The notes beneath the pieces are model-generated. The model ran no database searches and was not told the DNA's origin. It saw nothing but the letters and a program-made list of their open reading frames with translations. Source: Sulfolobales archaeon (GTDB lineage Archaea > Thermoproteota > Thermoprotei_A > Sulfolobales > AG1). From it: a stretch of 64,000 nucleotides of DNA. How positions within the stretch are numbered: the first letter of the stretch is position 1; each line of letters starts with the position of its first letter. Shown piece by piece: positions 1 through 10,748 of this stretch. The stretch lies in NCBI GenBank assembly GCA_038867615.1, contig JAWBYA010000003.1:128001-192000 (forward strand). Reading direction: 5' to 3'. The position numbers and the translations under genes are program-made.

Positions 1-23
1 ACGAGTATCTAGAACAAACACTT

Positions 24-581
24 ATGGGGAGGTTCGAGTGGATAAAGTTCCTAGCTCTCTTCTACAATCTAGATAACTGTGCGGAATCGCTCTTCAACAG
101 GGTTGAGAACACCATATCAAGCCTCAGATCCTCAATAGCTAATCAATTCCCCGCAGAGGGTCAGAGACCAATGGTAGCTTGGTTCAGCGTGTTTGGAGGC
201 GTTATATATGCTGCGTCCCCAGCAAGCTATGTTGTTGATGCTATAATAATGGCTGGAGGTAGATATGCATTCAGTGACATACCATTCGGACGTGTATCTA
301 GAGAGGTGGTTATAGCGAGGTCAAGCTCTATAGATGTTCTTATATACTCATCAAGCATAGACTATGGTCCGAAAAGCCTGTCTGAACTATTAAAAGCGGT
401 ACCCTTCGTAAGCGATATGAAGGCTGTTAAAGAGGGAAGGGTATATGTATTTGCTCCAACATATTGGCAGCTTGGTACCGCCTATCCCGAGGATATTGTA
501 AGAGATCTTGTCAAGATCTTCTACCCAGATCTTCAGGATCTGAAGGACTGGAAATTGATGTACTTCGTTAAACTTAGCTAG
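24..581 (+). CDS. Iron-siderophore/cobalamin-type ABC transporter substrate-binding protein, C-terminal part (gene begins before the window)
   Basis: GRFEWIKF and AVKEGRVY motifs; directly upstream of a FecCD permease and an ATPase. Confidence 0.8.
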   Translation: MGRFEWIKFLALFYNLDNCAESLFNRVENTISSLRSSIANQFPAEGQRPMVAWFSVFGGVIYAASPASYVVDAIIMAGGRYAFSDIPFGRVSREVVIARSSSIDVLIYSSSIDYGPKSLSELLKAVPFVSDMKAVKEGRVYVFAPTYWQLGTAYPEDIVRDLVKIFYPDLQDLKDWKLMYFVKLS

Positions 582-590
582 GGATATGGT

Positions 591-1613
591 ATGGATAAGA
601 GGGTGTATTTTTTACTCTCAATATTGATGACAATTCTCCTAGCATCATTCCTAGCATCCATACTATATGGACCAGTTAGGATAGATTTCATAAGGATCTT
701 GCGGGACATGTTTGGAGAGAGCGTTCTAACCGATACGGAGAGGGCTATAATATATAATACAAGAATGCCGATAGCTATTGCAGCCCTAGCATCAGGCTCT
801 CTACTAGGGATCTCGGGCTTTCTATACCAGATCCTGTTGAGAAACCCGATGGGGGATCCATATGTTATGGGTGTAGCATCGATATCGTACACCTCCCTTG
901 TAGTTGTTGCCTTTCTAGCCGTGTCTATTGGAGTGTTTTTCACATATATGTCCTTTATAGCACCCTTAGTAGTGCTTGTTGTTGCACTCACATATACTGG
1001 TGTGTTGAGCCTCCTCTCATACAGGCTCTCCGTGCTCCAGATCCTTTTGGTCGGCATCTCCCTGAGCTTTGCATTCTCTGGCGTCTCGATACTGATTCTC
1101 TCAATGCTTCCATCGGAGGTTGCTGGGTATCTAGCTTTAGCCCTTATGGGGAGTTTTGATGGTGTTGGTCAACAGGGTTCTATGATCCTCATAATATCTC
1201 TTATAATAGCTATCGCGTCATCCCTCCTCATCTCCATAAAGCATTTAGACCCACTCCTCCTCGGCGAGGATTACGCCAGATCTCTTGGAATAAACACAGG
1301 TCTCGTAAGGCTTTTCGTAGGAATCATAGCAGGCTCCTCCGCAGCTATAACGGTAACCTATGTAGGTGTTATCGGCTTCATAGGGTTCGCCTCACCCCAT
1401 ATAGCTAGGATGCTTGTTAAGAGTGGTAAGAGCTCTGTCATCCTGCCATTTGCATGTATTATTGGAGGGCTTCTAGCGATCCTCACGAACCTGTTTATAA
1501 GGATCGTTTTCCAAGGCTCTTCAGTACCAGTGACAGCTATTACGAGTCTTTTCGGAGCACCCCTCCTGATATATATGGTCTCTAGGATGAGGGGAGAATA
1601 TGCATGGGCATAG
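591..1613 (+). CDS. FecCD/BtuC family ABC permease
   Basis: RMP, LLRNPMGDPYVMGV, LGEDYARSLG and GVIGFIGFASPHIAR motifs; many TM helices. Confidence 0.92.
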   Translation: MDKRVYFLLSILMTILLASFLASILYGPVRIDFIRILRDMFGESVLTDTERAIIYNTRMPIAIAALASGSLLGISGFLYQILLRNPMGDPYVMGVASISYTSLVVVAFLAVSIGVFFTYMSFIAPLVVLVVALTYTGVLSLLSYRLSVLQILLVGISLSFAFSGVSILILSMLPSEVAGYLALALMGSFDGVGQQGSMILIISLIIAIASSLLISIKHLDPLLLGEDYARSLGINTGLVRLFVGIIAGSSAAITVTYVGVIGFIGFASPHIARMLVKSGKSSVILPFACIIGGLLAILTNLFIRIVFQGSSVPVTAITSLFGAPLLIYMVSRMRGEYAWA

Positions 1614-2706
1614 AGGAGATAATGATCGAGATTCGTGTGTTGATATAGCATCATGTATAGCTGGGTATAGAGGGAAACCTGTTGTTAGCGCCTCAGCAAG
1701 GATTTGTAAGGGGTTAACATGTATACTCGGACCCAACGGGTCTGGGAAAACCACTCTCTTAAAAACAATAGCAGGCCTTCTAGACCCTATAGAGGGCGCT
1801 GTACTCATAGACGGGCTTAATATGAGTCTTGTCAGCGTAGTGGAAAGGGCAAAGATCGTAGGGATCCATTTATCACAGATCCCCACATTACCCCTCTTCA
1901 AGGTTAGGGATGTCGTCCTCCTAGGCAGAACCCCCAGGGCTGGGTTGTTCTTCACGGAGGAGGACATGACATATGTTGAGGAGGCTATTAAGAGAACCAG
2001 GATCGAGGATCTCTCAGAGGCTTACTTTAACCAGCTTAGTGATGGGCAGAAGAGAAGGGTAATGATAGCAATGGCTCTTTCAAGAAAACCAAGGGTTCTT
2101 TTGCTCGACGAACCCACAAGCTTCCTAGATCCTTTTAACAGGCGCAAGATATTCGAGATCTTGAAGGAAGTATCCAGGGAAATCTCGGTTATACTTTCAA
2201 CACACGATATAGATCTTGCGGCGATCTTCTGTGACACGATATATTACATAGATAGAGGTGTTTTGAGAAAGATGGAGAGCCTCCAGGAACTCGGAAAGAT
2301 CTATGGAGAGGGGGACACGATCCTAGACCCGTTTACACTGAAGCTGGAGCCCGTGATACCGAAAAGCGATAGATCGATCCATATACTAGGGGGTTGCGGG
2401 AGCGGGACACTCTATCTGAGAAAAACAGGGTATAGATATTCAGTAACCACAGGTCCTCTCTATCCAAACGATCTCGACGCTATAGTGCTTAAGAGACTCG
2501 GGGCGTTAGTTATAACCACAACCGATGATGATCCCTTCGAGAGTGCTATTGAGCATATCAAACGGGCAGAACTTCTAGTAGTGATCGACACCCCGGACTA
2601 CTGTAAACCACCAGAGACTAGCTTACTGGTTAAAGAAGCCATCGGTATGGGTAAGAAATTGGTTCATGTGGATCTTGCAAGCCTTGGTATAGCCGATCTC
2701 CTATAG
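1600..2706 (+). CDS. FecE/BtuD-type ABC ATPase with C-terminal extension
   Basis: Walker A GPNGSGKT, LSDGQ signature, LLLDEPT, H-loop STHD. Confidence 0.92.
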   Translation: MHGHRGDNDRDSCVDIASCIAGYRGKPVVSASARICKGLTCILGPNGSGKTTLLKTIAGLLDPIEGAVLIDGLNMSLVSVVERAKIVGIHLSQIPTLPLFKVRDVVLLGRTPRAGLFFTEEDMTYVEEAIKRTRIEDLSEAYFNQLSDGQKRRVMIAMALSRKPRVLLLDEPTSFLDPFNRRKIFEILKEVSREISVILSTHDIDLAAIFCDTIYYIDRGVLRKMESLQELGKIYGEGDTILDPFTLKLEPVIPKSDRSIHILGGCGSGTLYLRKTGYRYSVTTGPLYPNDLDAIVLKRLGALVITTTDDDPFESAIEHIKRAELLVVIDTPDYCKPPETSLLVKEAIGMGKKLVHVDLASLGIADLL

Positions 2707-2919
2707 ATCTTCGGAAAACAAACCCCGCTTTATCAAGGAGAACAGAAGATCTACCTATAGGTAGGGCTTTGGCAAGAGGTGTAGACACCGATAGATATGG
2801 TTTAGGAAATACTCCCATGGATCTTGCATAGGTATTCTGGACTATGTATTGTATGTTCATGTTTTAATTCTATGCCGGGGTTAGATATATGGAGTTGTGA
2901 GCTGTTGTTAAGCAACAGG

Positions 2920-3441
2920 ATGGGTAAGGTTCTGGTTATATGTTTTCCATACTGTTTATCTGAAGAGAAAGAGGCTATTGAGAAATATATAGTTTCCAGG
3001 CTCGGCTTCGGAGTGGGGTTTATAGATCATGGTTCCCATCTACCCTCAGAACTATATGATAACTGGAGAGGACAGTATAGATCCGAGGATGTTTTGAACT
3101 ATCTTTCGTCTCAAAGGATGGGATCACTAACCATAGCTATTATAAAGGAGGACGCATATGTCTATGGCTATAACTATGTCTTTGGACATGCGGATCCCAA
3201 GAGAGGTGTTTGTGCTGTATATACTAAAAGAATCTTTGGTCAGGGGGGCGAGGAGTATATTCTAAGACTGGTGAAGGAAACGCTACACGAGTTGGGTCAT
3301 CTATTAGGATTGGATCACTGTAACAATAGGGAGTGTGTGATGAGCTTCAGCAGAAACCTAGCCGAGGTTGATAGAAAGAAGCCCCTCTACTGCCCATCAT
3401 GTCTAGCGAAGCTTAGCAGGGGTATCACTGGGTTTAGATGA
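2920..3441 (+). CDS. amzA: Archaemetzincin family Zn metalloprotease
   Basis: HELGHLLGLDHC...CVM...CPSC motif; ATG 2920 preferred over the ORF-track start. Confidence 0.9.
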   Translation: MGKVLVICFPYCLSEEKEAIEKYIVSRLGFGVGFIDHGSHLPSELYDNWRGQYRSEDVLNYLSSQRMGSLTIAIIKEDAYVYGYNYVFGHADPKRGVCAVYTKRIFGQGGEEYILRLVKETLHELGHLLGLDHCNNRECVMSFSRNLAEVDRKKPLYCPSCLAKLSRGITGFR

Positions 3442-3504
3442 GAATGTTAGTCTCTGGAGAAAATTTTCCCAGCATCGATTTATGCCGCTTGTTAGAAACG
3501 ATCT

Positions 3505-4314
3505 GTGGGGTATGGTGGAGTGAAAATATATAGAGGGTCTCTGGTAATAGATACATCCATGATCAGGCTCCTAGATGATCGAGGGGTAAGCAGGTTATTA
3601 GAACACATCGTGAAGATCTCTCTAGGAGATCTCTATAGGGTCTTCATAGCGGTTTCTCCCTTCAATGCAAATATAACTTACAGGGGTTCGAGGGTTTATA
3701 GAGTATCTATATCCTATGGGGCTTTCATAATATCCTCCTCAGCGCATGGTACAAGTCCAAGGGATCTGGGGGCAGTGTTTAGCACTATATGCAATGAGGG
3801 AGAAAATGCTAGTAGGCTATGCTGGTATCTTAGCGAGGATGTATGGGCTGACGTGAGGATCCTGGTTCCAAAGATCTCTCTAGATCCTTTAGATCAATGT
3901 TCAAGAGAGTATGGAGAGCCCCTCGCAAGGTTGGGCTTAAGCATAGCTAGAGATGCGAGATCCAGGATTCTCTGCCTAGCCCGCGGGGATAGATTGACGA
4001 TAAACGATCCTAATGCGAGCTACCTAGTAATCCCTACAGATATGGATAGTGGTTACAAAGACCACCTAGTAGACCGCATCGGTGGATATAGACATCCTAT
4101 AGCAGCCCTGCTTATGGGGAGGAGGGTTAAGTGCGGCGATCAGGAGGATCTAGAGCTCCCCAAGGACAGCGAGATCATTGTTAGAAGCTCTGATGGTGAC
4201 GCTCTCCTCTATAACATATACGACATAGCCTATGTATTTGGGTGTAAACCATGGCCGGAGGATCTATTGTTCAAAATACCAGCAATATATGCATCAACAG
4301 TAGCCGAGCAATAA
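3505..4314 (+). CDS. Hypothetical protein
   Basis: 269-aa ORF with host-like codon usage; no motif recognised. Confidence 0.6.
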   Translation: MGYGGVKIYRGSLVIDTSMIRLLDDRGVSRLLEHIVKISLGDLYRVFIAVSPFNANITYRGSRVYRVSISYGAFIISSSAHGTSPRDLGAVFSTICNEGENASRLCWYLSEDVWADVRILVPKISLDPLDQCSREYGEPLARLGLSIARDARSRILCLARGDRLTINDPNASYLVIPTDMDSGYKDHLVDRIGGYRHPIAALLMGRRVKCGDQEDLELPKDSEIIVRSSDGDALLYNIYDIAYVFGCKPWPEDLLFKIPAIYASTVAEQ

Positions 4315-4482
4315 TGTTTAACCATCCTATAGCTCTGCCTAATAAACATGCCGCTGTCAAGGCTAACCTTCTATAGTAACCGGGGAACTCTTCCATAATA
4401 GAAATCCTGGAAAAGATCTTCATAAGGCTTTGGGTCCGGGTCTAAGGATATAAGCCCCAAAAGGATTCATCTTCTGGTAAGT

Positions 4483-4591
4483 GGCCGCGGTAGCTCAGCC
4501 TGGGAGAGCGCGGGACTGTGGGCTCCTAATACTAGAAGCCGGCCGGGGGGTAGATATCCCGAGGTCCCGGGTTCAAATCCCGGCCGCGGCC
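4483..4591 (+). tRNA. tRNA-His(GTG) with 34-nt intron at 37/38 (4522-4555)
   Basis: G-1, acceptor GCCGCGG/CCGCGGC, discriminator C, anticodon stem CGGGA/TCCCG, T-arm CCGGG-TTCAAAT-CCCGG, bulge-helix-bulge at intron ends. Confidence 0.95.
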
Positions 4592-4675
4592 CCTTCTTTT
4601 AGAATCGCTGGAGATCTTTAGGATAAATCCATATAGATATATTTGGATACTATGTTAATACGCTTGGGGCGGGCT

Positions 4676-5926
4676 ATGGGGAAACAGATCCTTGTTATAG
4701 GTTTCGACGGCATAGGGGATCGTCCTTCTAAAGAGCTTAACGGCATGACACCCCTTGAAGCTGCCTCTAAACCCACTATTGATTGGCTCGCCTCTAGGGG
4801 GGCTCAGGGCATAATGGATCCTATAGCCCCTGGAGTTATCCCAGGCTCTGATACAGCCCACCTGGCAATCTTTGGGCTAGATCCTTTCAAGGTGTATCCA
4901 GGAAGGGGTCCTTTTGAGGCTATAGGTGCTGGTGCTGTTTTAGAGCCTGGGGATATCGCACTAAGGGGTAACTTTGCCTCTGTTGATAGTAATCTCGTTG
5001 TGATTGATAGGAGGGCTGGGAGATCAGAGTACGGCTTAGACGAGCTAGTTAGATTCCTGAGTAAAAACATAATAGAGATCGATGGTGTTGAGGTTAGATT
5101 CTATAGAGCTACCGAGCATAGAGTTGCTATAGTGTTAAGAGGCCGCGGGCTCTCTGATAAGGTGAGCGATACAGATCCCCATGTTGAGGGGCAGAGGATC
5201 TCTATCTCAAAACCTCTGAACGATAGTGAGGAGGCTAGGAGGACTGCCGAGATTATTAATAAACTATCTATAGAGATCCACAATATGCTCAAGAACCACG
5301 AGATCAATAGGGAGAGGGTTGAAAAAGGACTGCCCCCGGCTAATGTTATTCTCATGAGAGGGGCTGGGAAGATGCCGCATCTTAAGAAGATCTGGGAGCT
5401 GGATAGGATTGAGATAAAAAAAGCCGCAGCTATAAGTGGTACAGCGCTTATCAAGGGTGTTACAAAGATCCTCGGGTTCGAGGTTATCCACCCCCAAGGA
5501 GCTACTGGGGGTCTTAACACCAATGTGGCTTCTAAGGTGAGGGCTGCGAGGGATATGCTTGATAAAGGATACGATCTAGTTTATCTCCACTTTAAAGGGA
5601 CAGATAGTGCTAGCCATGATAGAAAGCCGAGAGAGAAGAAGGAGTTTATAGAAAGGTGCGATGAGGCTCTCTCACAACTGATACCCGAGTTTGCCGACAG
5701 TATAGTTATAGCCATTACGGGGGATCATACAACCTCCAGCGAGCTTGGCCAGCATACAAGCGACCCGGTTCCACTCCTTATATATTCCAAAGACATGTTC
5801 TATGATGCTCTTGGCAAGTTTTCGGAGAGGAGTGCTAGGGCTGGGGTTATAGGTAGGATCAGAGGGTCGGATCTTATATATATGTTATCAGACCTAGCAG
5901 GAAGGCAGGAGAAATTTGGTGCATAG
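4676..5926 (+). CDS. apgM: 2,3-bisphosphoglycerate-independent phosphoglycerate mutase
   Basis: DGIGD, TPLEAA, PGSDTAHLAIFG, GRGPFEA, DSASHD, TGDHTT. Confidence 0.95.
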   Translation: MGKQILVIGFDGIGDRPSKELNGMTPLEAASKPTIDWLASRGAQGIMDPIAPGVIPGSDTAHLAIFGLDPFKVYPGRGPFEAIGAGAVLEPGDIALRGNFASVDSNLVVIDRRAGRSEYGLDELVRFLSKNIIEIDGVEVRFYRATEHRVAIVLRGRGLSDKVSDTDPHVEGQRISISKPLNDSEEARRTAEIINKLSIEIHNMLKNHEINRERVEKGLPPANVILMRGAGKMPHLKKIWELDRIEIKKAAAISGTALIKGVTKILGFEVIHPQGATGGLNTNVASKVRAARDMLDKGYDLVYLHFKGTDSASHDRKPREKKEFIERCDEALSQLIPEFADSIVIAITGDHTTSSELGQHTSDPVPLLIYSKDMFYDALGKFSERSARAGVIGRIRGSDLIYMLSDLAGRQEKFGA

Positions 5927-5934
5927 GGTATAGG

Positions 5935-7170
5935 CTAGATTATAGGCTTTGCATATCCCACAAGCCTCCATCTACCCTTTATCTGTCTCGATATAGCTAT
6001 CCCGATGTTTTTGATGACAACAGAAGGTCTTAGGAGGGTTACCTCTAAACGATCCTTGCTAACCCTGTTAACTACCCCCATTGTTGTGTTTGTCCCTATG
6101 GTTAGCATTATATTCTCCCTAACCCGTATTGGCTCTATACCTATCATCTCTTTAGCACCGACAACCCTTTCAAGGAGTATATAGTCCATCTCGAGCGTGG
6201 TCAAGGGATCTGGTACCCTGCCAGCCTTTCCAACAACGTTGCCAACAAGCTTGTCAGCCTTTGTGAGGAACGGATCTAGATCTGTTCCTAGAGCAACGAG
6301 GCCACCTGGCCCAGCCTCGTTGAACTCAGTAGTTCCAAACCTTATAGAGGTGACACGTGTTGTGAGAGGGACATACTCTGCTTTCCCATCAGCCCTCTCG
6401 ATCCTCACTCCTGGTTTTATCTCTATCTCATCCCCAACCCTAATGACACCCTGGATCAGTGATCCTCCTACTATACCGCCTACAAGCTCTGACACAGGTG
6501 TTCCAACCTTGTTCACTTCAAAGCTTCTTGCAACAAACATTAGAGGGTCTGCACTAGTATCCCTCACAGGTGTTGGTATATTCCTCTGTATAGCCATGAG
6601 CACCGCGTCTATGTTCACACCGTGTAGGGCGCTCACGGGTATTATAGGTGTTTTTTCATAGCCCATTTCGCTTAGGAAGCTCCTGATCTCGTTATAGCTT
6701 CTAAAGGCTCTTTCTTTGTCAACAACATCTATTTTATTCTGGATAACAACGAGATTCTTTATCCCCACAAGCTTTAGCGCTGTCAAATGCTCCCTGGTCT
6801 GTGGTTGTGGGCATGGCTCGTTAGCAGCTATTACCAAGAGAGCGCCATCCATTAGCGCTGCACCGCTCAGCATGGTTGCCATTAGAGTTTCGTGTCCTGG
6901 GGAGTCTACGTAAGAGACCCTCCTAATAAGCCTCGACTCAGTATTATCTGGGCATCTACTTGTGGTGGTGTAGGCATCAGGCTCCTCTAAACCATCACAA
7001 TAGGCTATGTTTCCATCAGCGTAGCCGAGCTTTATAGTCATAGATCTTCTAAGTTCCATGGAATGTCTAGCAGTCCATATGCCGGTGAGGGCTTGCACGA
7101 GGGTTGTTTTACCATGATCTACATGGCCTACTACTCCTATATTAACCTCTGGCTGTGTGATCTTCCACAT
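5935..7170 (-). CDS. eif2g: Translation initiation factor 2 gamma subunit
   Basis: QPEVNIGVVGHVDHGKTT, MTIKLGYA, DSPGHETLMATMLSG, QNKID, RWRLVG. Confidence 0.97.
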   Translation of the reverse strand: MWKITQPEVNIGVVGHVDHGKTTLVQALTGIWTARHSMELRRSMTIKLGYADGNIAYCDGLEEPDAYTTTSRCPDNTESRLIRRVSYVDSPGHETLMATMLSGAALMDGALLVIAANEPCPQPQTREHLTALKLVGIKNLVVIQNKIDVVDKERAFRSYNEIRSFLSEMGYEKTPIIPVSALHGVNIDAVLMAIQRNIPTPVRDTSADPLMFVARSFEVNKVGTPVSELVGGIVGGSLIQGVIRVGDEIEIKPGVRIERADGKAEYVPLTTRVTSIRFGTTEFNEAGPGGLVALGTDLDPFLTKADKLVGNVVGKAGRVPDPLTTLEMDYILLERVVGAKEMIGIEPIRVRENIMLTIGTNTTMGVVNRVSKDRLEVTLLRPSVVIKNIGIAISRQIKGRWRLVGYAKPII

Positions 7171-7410
7171 GGTGTATCCTAGAAAATATCCTCACAGGCA
7201 AATTAAGGACTTTTTATGTATCTATATCATGTCGCCCCCCTATAATTGAGCCAGAGATCACTGGTCTCGGGGTTGGTGAACCGGATTATCAGTAGCGGTT
7301 GGTTATACGGCTCTTACATATAAATCACGTGGTTTATTATATTTACTGTTAATGCTAGCTATCTATTAATAAAAGCCCCCCAGTATAATTATATATCGAG
7401 GTAGCGGGTT

Positions 7411-7812
7411 TTGGATACCTTACAAGAACAGGGAGAGCTGAGCCCAATAGATAGAAAGGCGTTTGAAATAATATCAAGCTATAGCGAAAGAGGGGGAATA
7501 CTTCAGTCAGATCTTTGGAGAATCCTTGGAGTTGATAGTAAGGAAGGGTCGAAGGTGGTTCTAAGACTTCTAAGAAGGGGTATGATAACCAGGAAGGAGG
7601 TTAATCATGGTGGTAGGAAGACATATCTACTCATGGTATCTCATCAGACTGAGGAGAGAGAGATAGAAGTCGACATAGATGGTGTCATGATGATTCCCTG
7701 TTTTACGTGTGAGTATCTCTATCTGGAATGCGGTGACTCGTCAAAGCTAAACCCCGCCAGCTGTATAAAGATGAACAACTTTGTGAAGAACTTGGGTAAT
7801 GCCGAGAAATAA
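7411..7812 (+). CDS. Transcription factor E beta subunit (RPC34/hRPC39-like winged helix plus Fe-S domain)
   Basis: GILQSDLW winged helix; C-terminal PCFTC...C...PASC cysteine cluster. Confidence 0.8.
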   Translation: MDTLQEQGELSPIDRKAFEIISSYSERGGILQSDLWRILGVDSKEGSKVVLRLLRRGMITRKEVNHGGRKTYLLMVSHQTEEREIEVDIDGVMMIPCFTCEYLYLECGDSSKLNPASCIKMNNFVKNLGNAEK

Positions 7813-7892
7813 TGAATATACTAATCGATCCGAATCTCCCGGATCTCTAGAGATGTAGACAGTGTTATAGTCATAAATATGTGGATACTCTG

Positions 7893-9314
7893 CTATTGTG
7901 ATGCGATCTGTTTAAGTCTTCTATAGCCTCCCCTAAGGCTATATACCTCGTAACCTTCTTCTCTGAGATGTCTTGCAAGGGCTTCGCTGGCCTCTCCAAA
8001 CTCACATACAAGCACTATCCTCTCTCCCTTTCTCAATAGCTCTTCAAGGTCGTCGAGCCCTCTTATAGAGCCATAACCTTTCTTCCTTGTTATGTCAACT
8101 ATTATAGATCCCTCTGGTATGGTGTCTATACTTACTATATCGCTTTTGAGATGTCTAATCACCTCTTCCTCCCAGCCTGTGTTATAGTTTATCTCGATAG
8201 CTCTTTCTAGAGCATGATCAAAGACCCCTTTATCGATCTTAGCGAATTCGACGACAAGGCTTTCCGGATCTATGTATAGCGGGTTACCACCACCTATGAA
8301 ACAGCTTTCAACAACCTTTGAGCTATATTCATATAAACCGAGATCCATGGAGAGTCTCATGATCTCTGCTTTATCAAACCCTATCAGAGGTCTTAGGATC
8401 AATAGATCGATTCCTTTCTGGGAGGCGTAAAGGACACTTAGCCTTTGTGATGAGGCTTCCCATATAGCCTCACCGGTAACGATCGCCGATGCTTTTACTT
8501 TCTCAGCAACAGATCTTCCGACCAGGTACATAGCCCTCCTCAGTGCCGGTTGCCATAGCTTTCTCTTAATCTTTGACCTTATCTCTGCAATTATCTCGGA
8601 GAAATCGATAACAAATACTCTGGGGTCGTATTTTAATGACCAGCGCTTAACAAGCACCTCACCAACCTTTAGAGCTCTGACAGTGTTATCCGGAGAGCCC
8701 ATAACGTAGTGCACTATATCGGCTGGAGATCCTCTTCTCATGATCATCCAGGTGGCTACAGGCGAATCAAAGCCTCCTGAGAATAGTGAGAGCACTTTTT
8801 CAGAGGATCCTAGGGGGAGGCCTCCATATCCTCTATGCTTCATCGAGCTAAGCGATACGAAAGCCCTCTCTCCCCTCACCTCTACATAGACAATCTCATC
8901 GGGGTTCTCTAGATCAACACCGGCTGAGCAGTCAAGAAGAGCACTCCCTATAACTCTTGCAGCGTCTAGCGATGTATATCCTGTAGATCCTGTTCTCCTT
9001 ACCCTTACAGCGAATTTTTTGTTTGTAAGGGAGTGGCAGAAATGATCTCTGATCTTCTTTGAAAGCTCGTAGAGATCCTTGGAGCTCTCGACAATGACTT
9101 CTAGAACCTCAACCACGCCGAAGAATCTGGCGAGATCCTCTGAGAGGTCTCGAGACGCCTCCACATAGATCCTCCCCCCATCTATTCTCTCTATATTAGT
9201 GATCTCGCTGCCCAGCGTATCCCTAATATTCCTAATAAGCCTTCTCTCCAGAAACCCTCTTAAACCACCCTTGAGGGATATTTCACCCGATAATCTTAAT
9301 AGGTATCTATGCAT
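7893..9314 (-). CDS. thiI: tRNA 4-thiouridine synthase with THUMP and C-terminal rhodanese domains
   Basis: GEISLKG, GGLPLG, SGGFDS PP-loop, LRPLIGFDK, VCEFG...GGY rhodanese. Confidence 0.92.
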   Translation of the reverse strand: MHRYLLRLSGEISLKGGLRGFLERRLIRNIRDTLGSEITNIERIDGGRIYVEASRDLSEDLARFFGVVEVLEVIVESSKDLYELSKKIRDHFCHSLTNKKFAVRVRRTGSTGYTSLDAARVIGSALLDCSAGVDLENPDEIVYVEVRGERAFVSLSSMKHRGYGGLPLGSSEKVLSLFSGGFDSPVATWMIMRRGSPADIVHYVMGSPDNTVRALKVGEVLVKRWSLKYDPRVFVIDFSEIIAEIRSKIKRKLWQPALRRAMYLVGRSVAEKVKASAIVTGEAIWEASSQRLSVLYASQKGIDLLILRPLIGFDKAEIMRLSMDLGLYEYSSKVVESCFIGGGNPLYIDPESLVVEFAKIDKGVFDHALERAIEINYNTGWEEEVIRHLKSDIVSIDTIPEGSIIVDITRKKGYGSIRGLDDLEELLRKGERIVLVCEFGEASEALARHLREEGYEVYSLRGGYRRLKQIASQ

Positions 9315-9507
9315 CGCTCCTCCCTCTCAGGTTCTATAGACCCTCCCTATAATGAGTATACCATACAGGGCTCAAATCAAGCCTAAGCTATACTCTCTAC
9401 GATATAGCCTCTCACGCTTAGGACATATACTTAATGGGCCTTAGATTCTCCATTTGATTTCCTTACTATCTGAAATACCATCAGCTGTTTCCCAGTCTCT
9501 TCGGTGT

Positions 9508-10695
9508 TTATATATCCCCAGCATGGTTAGGCACTCTTGTTTTTATGAGATTCACGGTTTTCTCGACGTTTTTATATATATCTGGCGGTGCTCCGGGGTT
9601 TGTTTTGAGCATGATCTTTAGTAATGAGGCTAGCTTTTTCTCATCTATCGGGTGTTTCTCCAGAGATCTGATCCCTTCCCAGAGTTTAGGTGCTATTCTG
9701 GCGTTCTCCTCTTGCTCGAAATGCTTTTTTAGCGGGAATATAATACCAGGTACTCCTGAGGAGATCATGAGGGATATAATACCAAGTCCCGCAGGCGATA
9801 TTATTATATCGAAAGCTTTCACAACCTTTGGGAGGCTATACATATCTTCTAGGATCGCTATATCTATGCTTGGAGAGAGTTTATCTAGGATCTTCTCCAC
9901 CAGTGTTCTGTTATACTCACTGCCAGGAGCTATTGTTAGCGAGAAACTATCGAGATCTTTTAGCTCTCTTCCAACGATCTCTATAGATCTTATTATTATT
10001 TCAAGCATATCTATACCCCCACTCGTACCTCCTATCGAGAATAAGATCGAATACTTGTCACCAAGTTTTAGTATATTCCTTGCATCATTCTTACTAAGCA
10101 TCTCACCCTTAAGGACCGAGGGTAAGAGACCGATGTCTATAAACCCATATCTGGAGGCAGTAGTGTTTTTTAGACCCACATAGAGCTTTGTGTCAAATAC
10201 TCTATAGCTTTTCCTAAGGAAGATGTTAAGCAGGATAGACGAGGGGATCTCGGCTATGGATGTCGGTTTAAAGAATAAGAAATCCGTGATCAGGATCTTA
10301 TGGATCCCGCTATATAAAGCGGGTCTCTCAGCAAAGATCTTCATGAGCTCCCAGGACTCATCAGCTATTATAGCATCGTAATCATCTATAACCACCTCCT
10401 CGAGGATCCTGTTTTTGTTCATGTTAACCACATTATTAACCCTCGATATAAAGCCTAAGGAGAACCCTCCATATTCCTTTGATAGATAATATTCTGAGTA
10501 TATTTTTGAGAGACTCTCTATACTGTGCGACACACTATGGATCTTTAGACCCCAATGCTTAGCATAAGAGAGAGCAGGTTCCGAGCATAGCACTTCAACA
10601 TCAAATCCGAGATTGGATAGCGCATATACAAGAACTCTATCTCTCACAATATGACCCAAGCCCACAGATGATGATGCTAGCAAGATTCTCAACAA
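9508..10695 (-). CDS. GT-B fold glycosyltransferase (GT28/MurG-like)
   Basis: VGLGHIVR N-terminal motif, SIGGTSGG, PLKKHFEQEENA. Confidence 0.8.
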   Translation of the reverse strand: MLRILLASSSVGLGHIVRDRVLVYALSNLGFDVEVLCSEPALSYAKHWGLKIHSVSHSIESLSKIYSEYYLSKEYGGFSLGFISRVNNVVNMNKNRILEEVVIDDYDAIIADESWELMKIFAERPALYSGIHKILITDFLFFKPTSIAEIPSSILLNIFLRKSYRVFDTKLYVGLKNTTASRYGFIDIGLLPSVLKGEMLSKNDARNILKLGDKYSILFSIGGTSGGIDMLEIIIRSIEIVGRELKDLDSFSLTIAPGSEYNRTLVEKILDKLSPSIDIAILEDMYSLPKVVKAFDIIISPAGLGIISLMISSGVPGIIFPLKKHFEQEENARIAPKLWEGIRSLEKHPIDEKKLASLLKIMLKTNPGAPPDIYKNVEKTVNLIKTRVPNHAGDI

Positions 10696-10748
10696 ACACC
10701 CCTATCTATTCAGGAGATCCCAACATATTAGTCGTACCCTCTATGCGG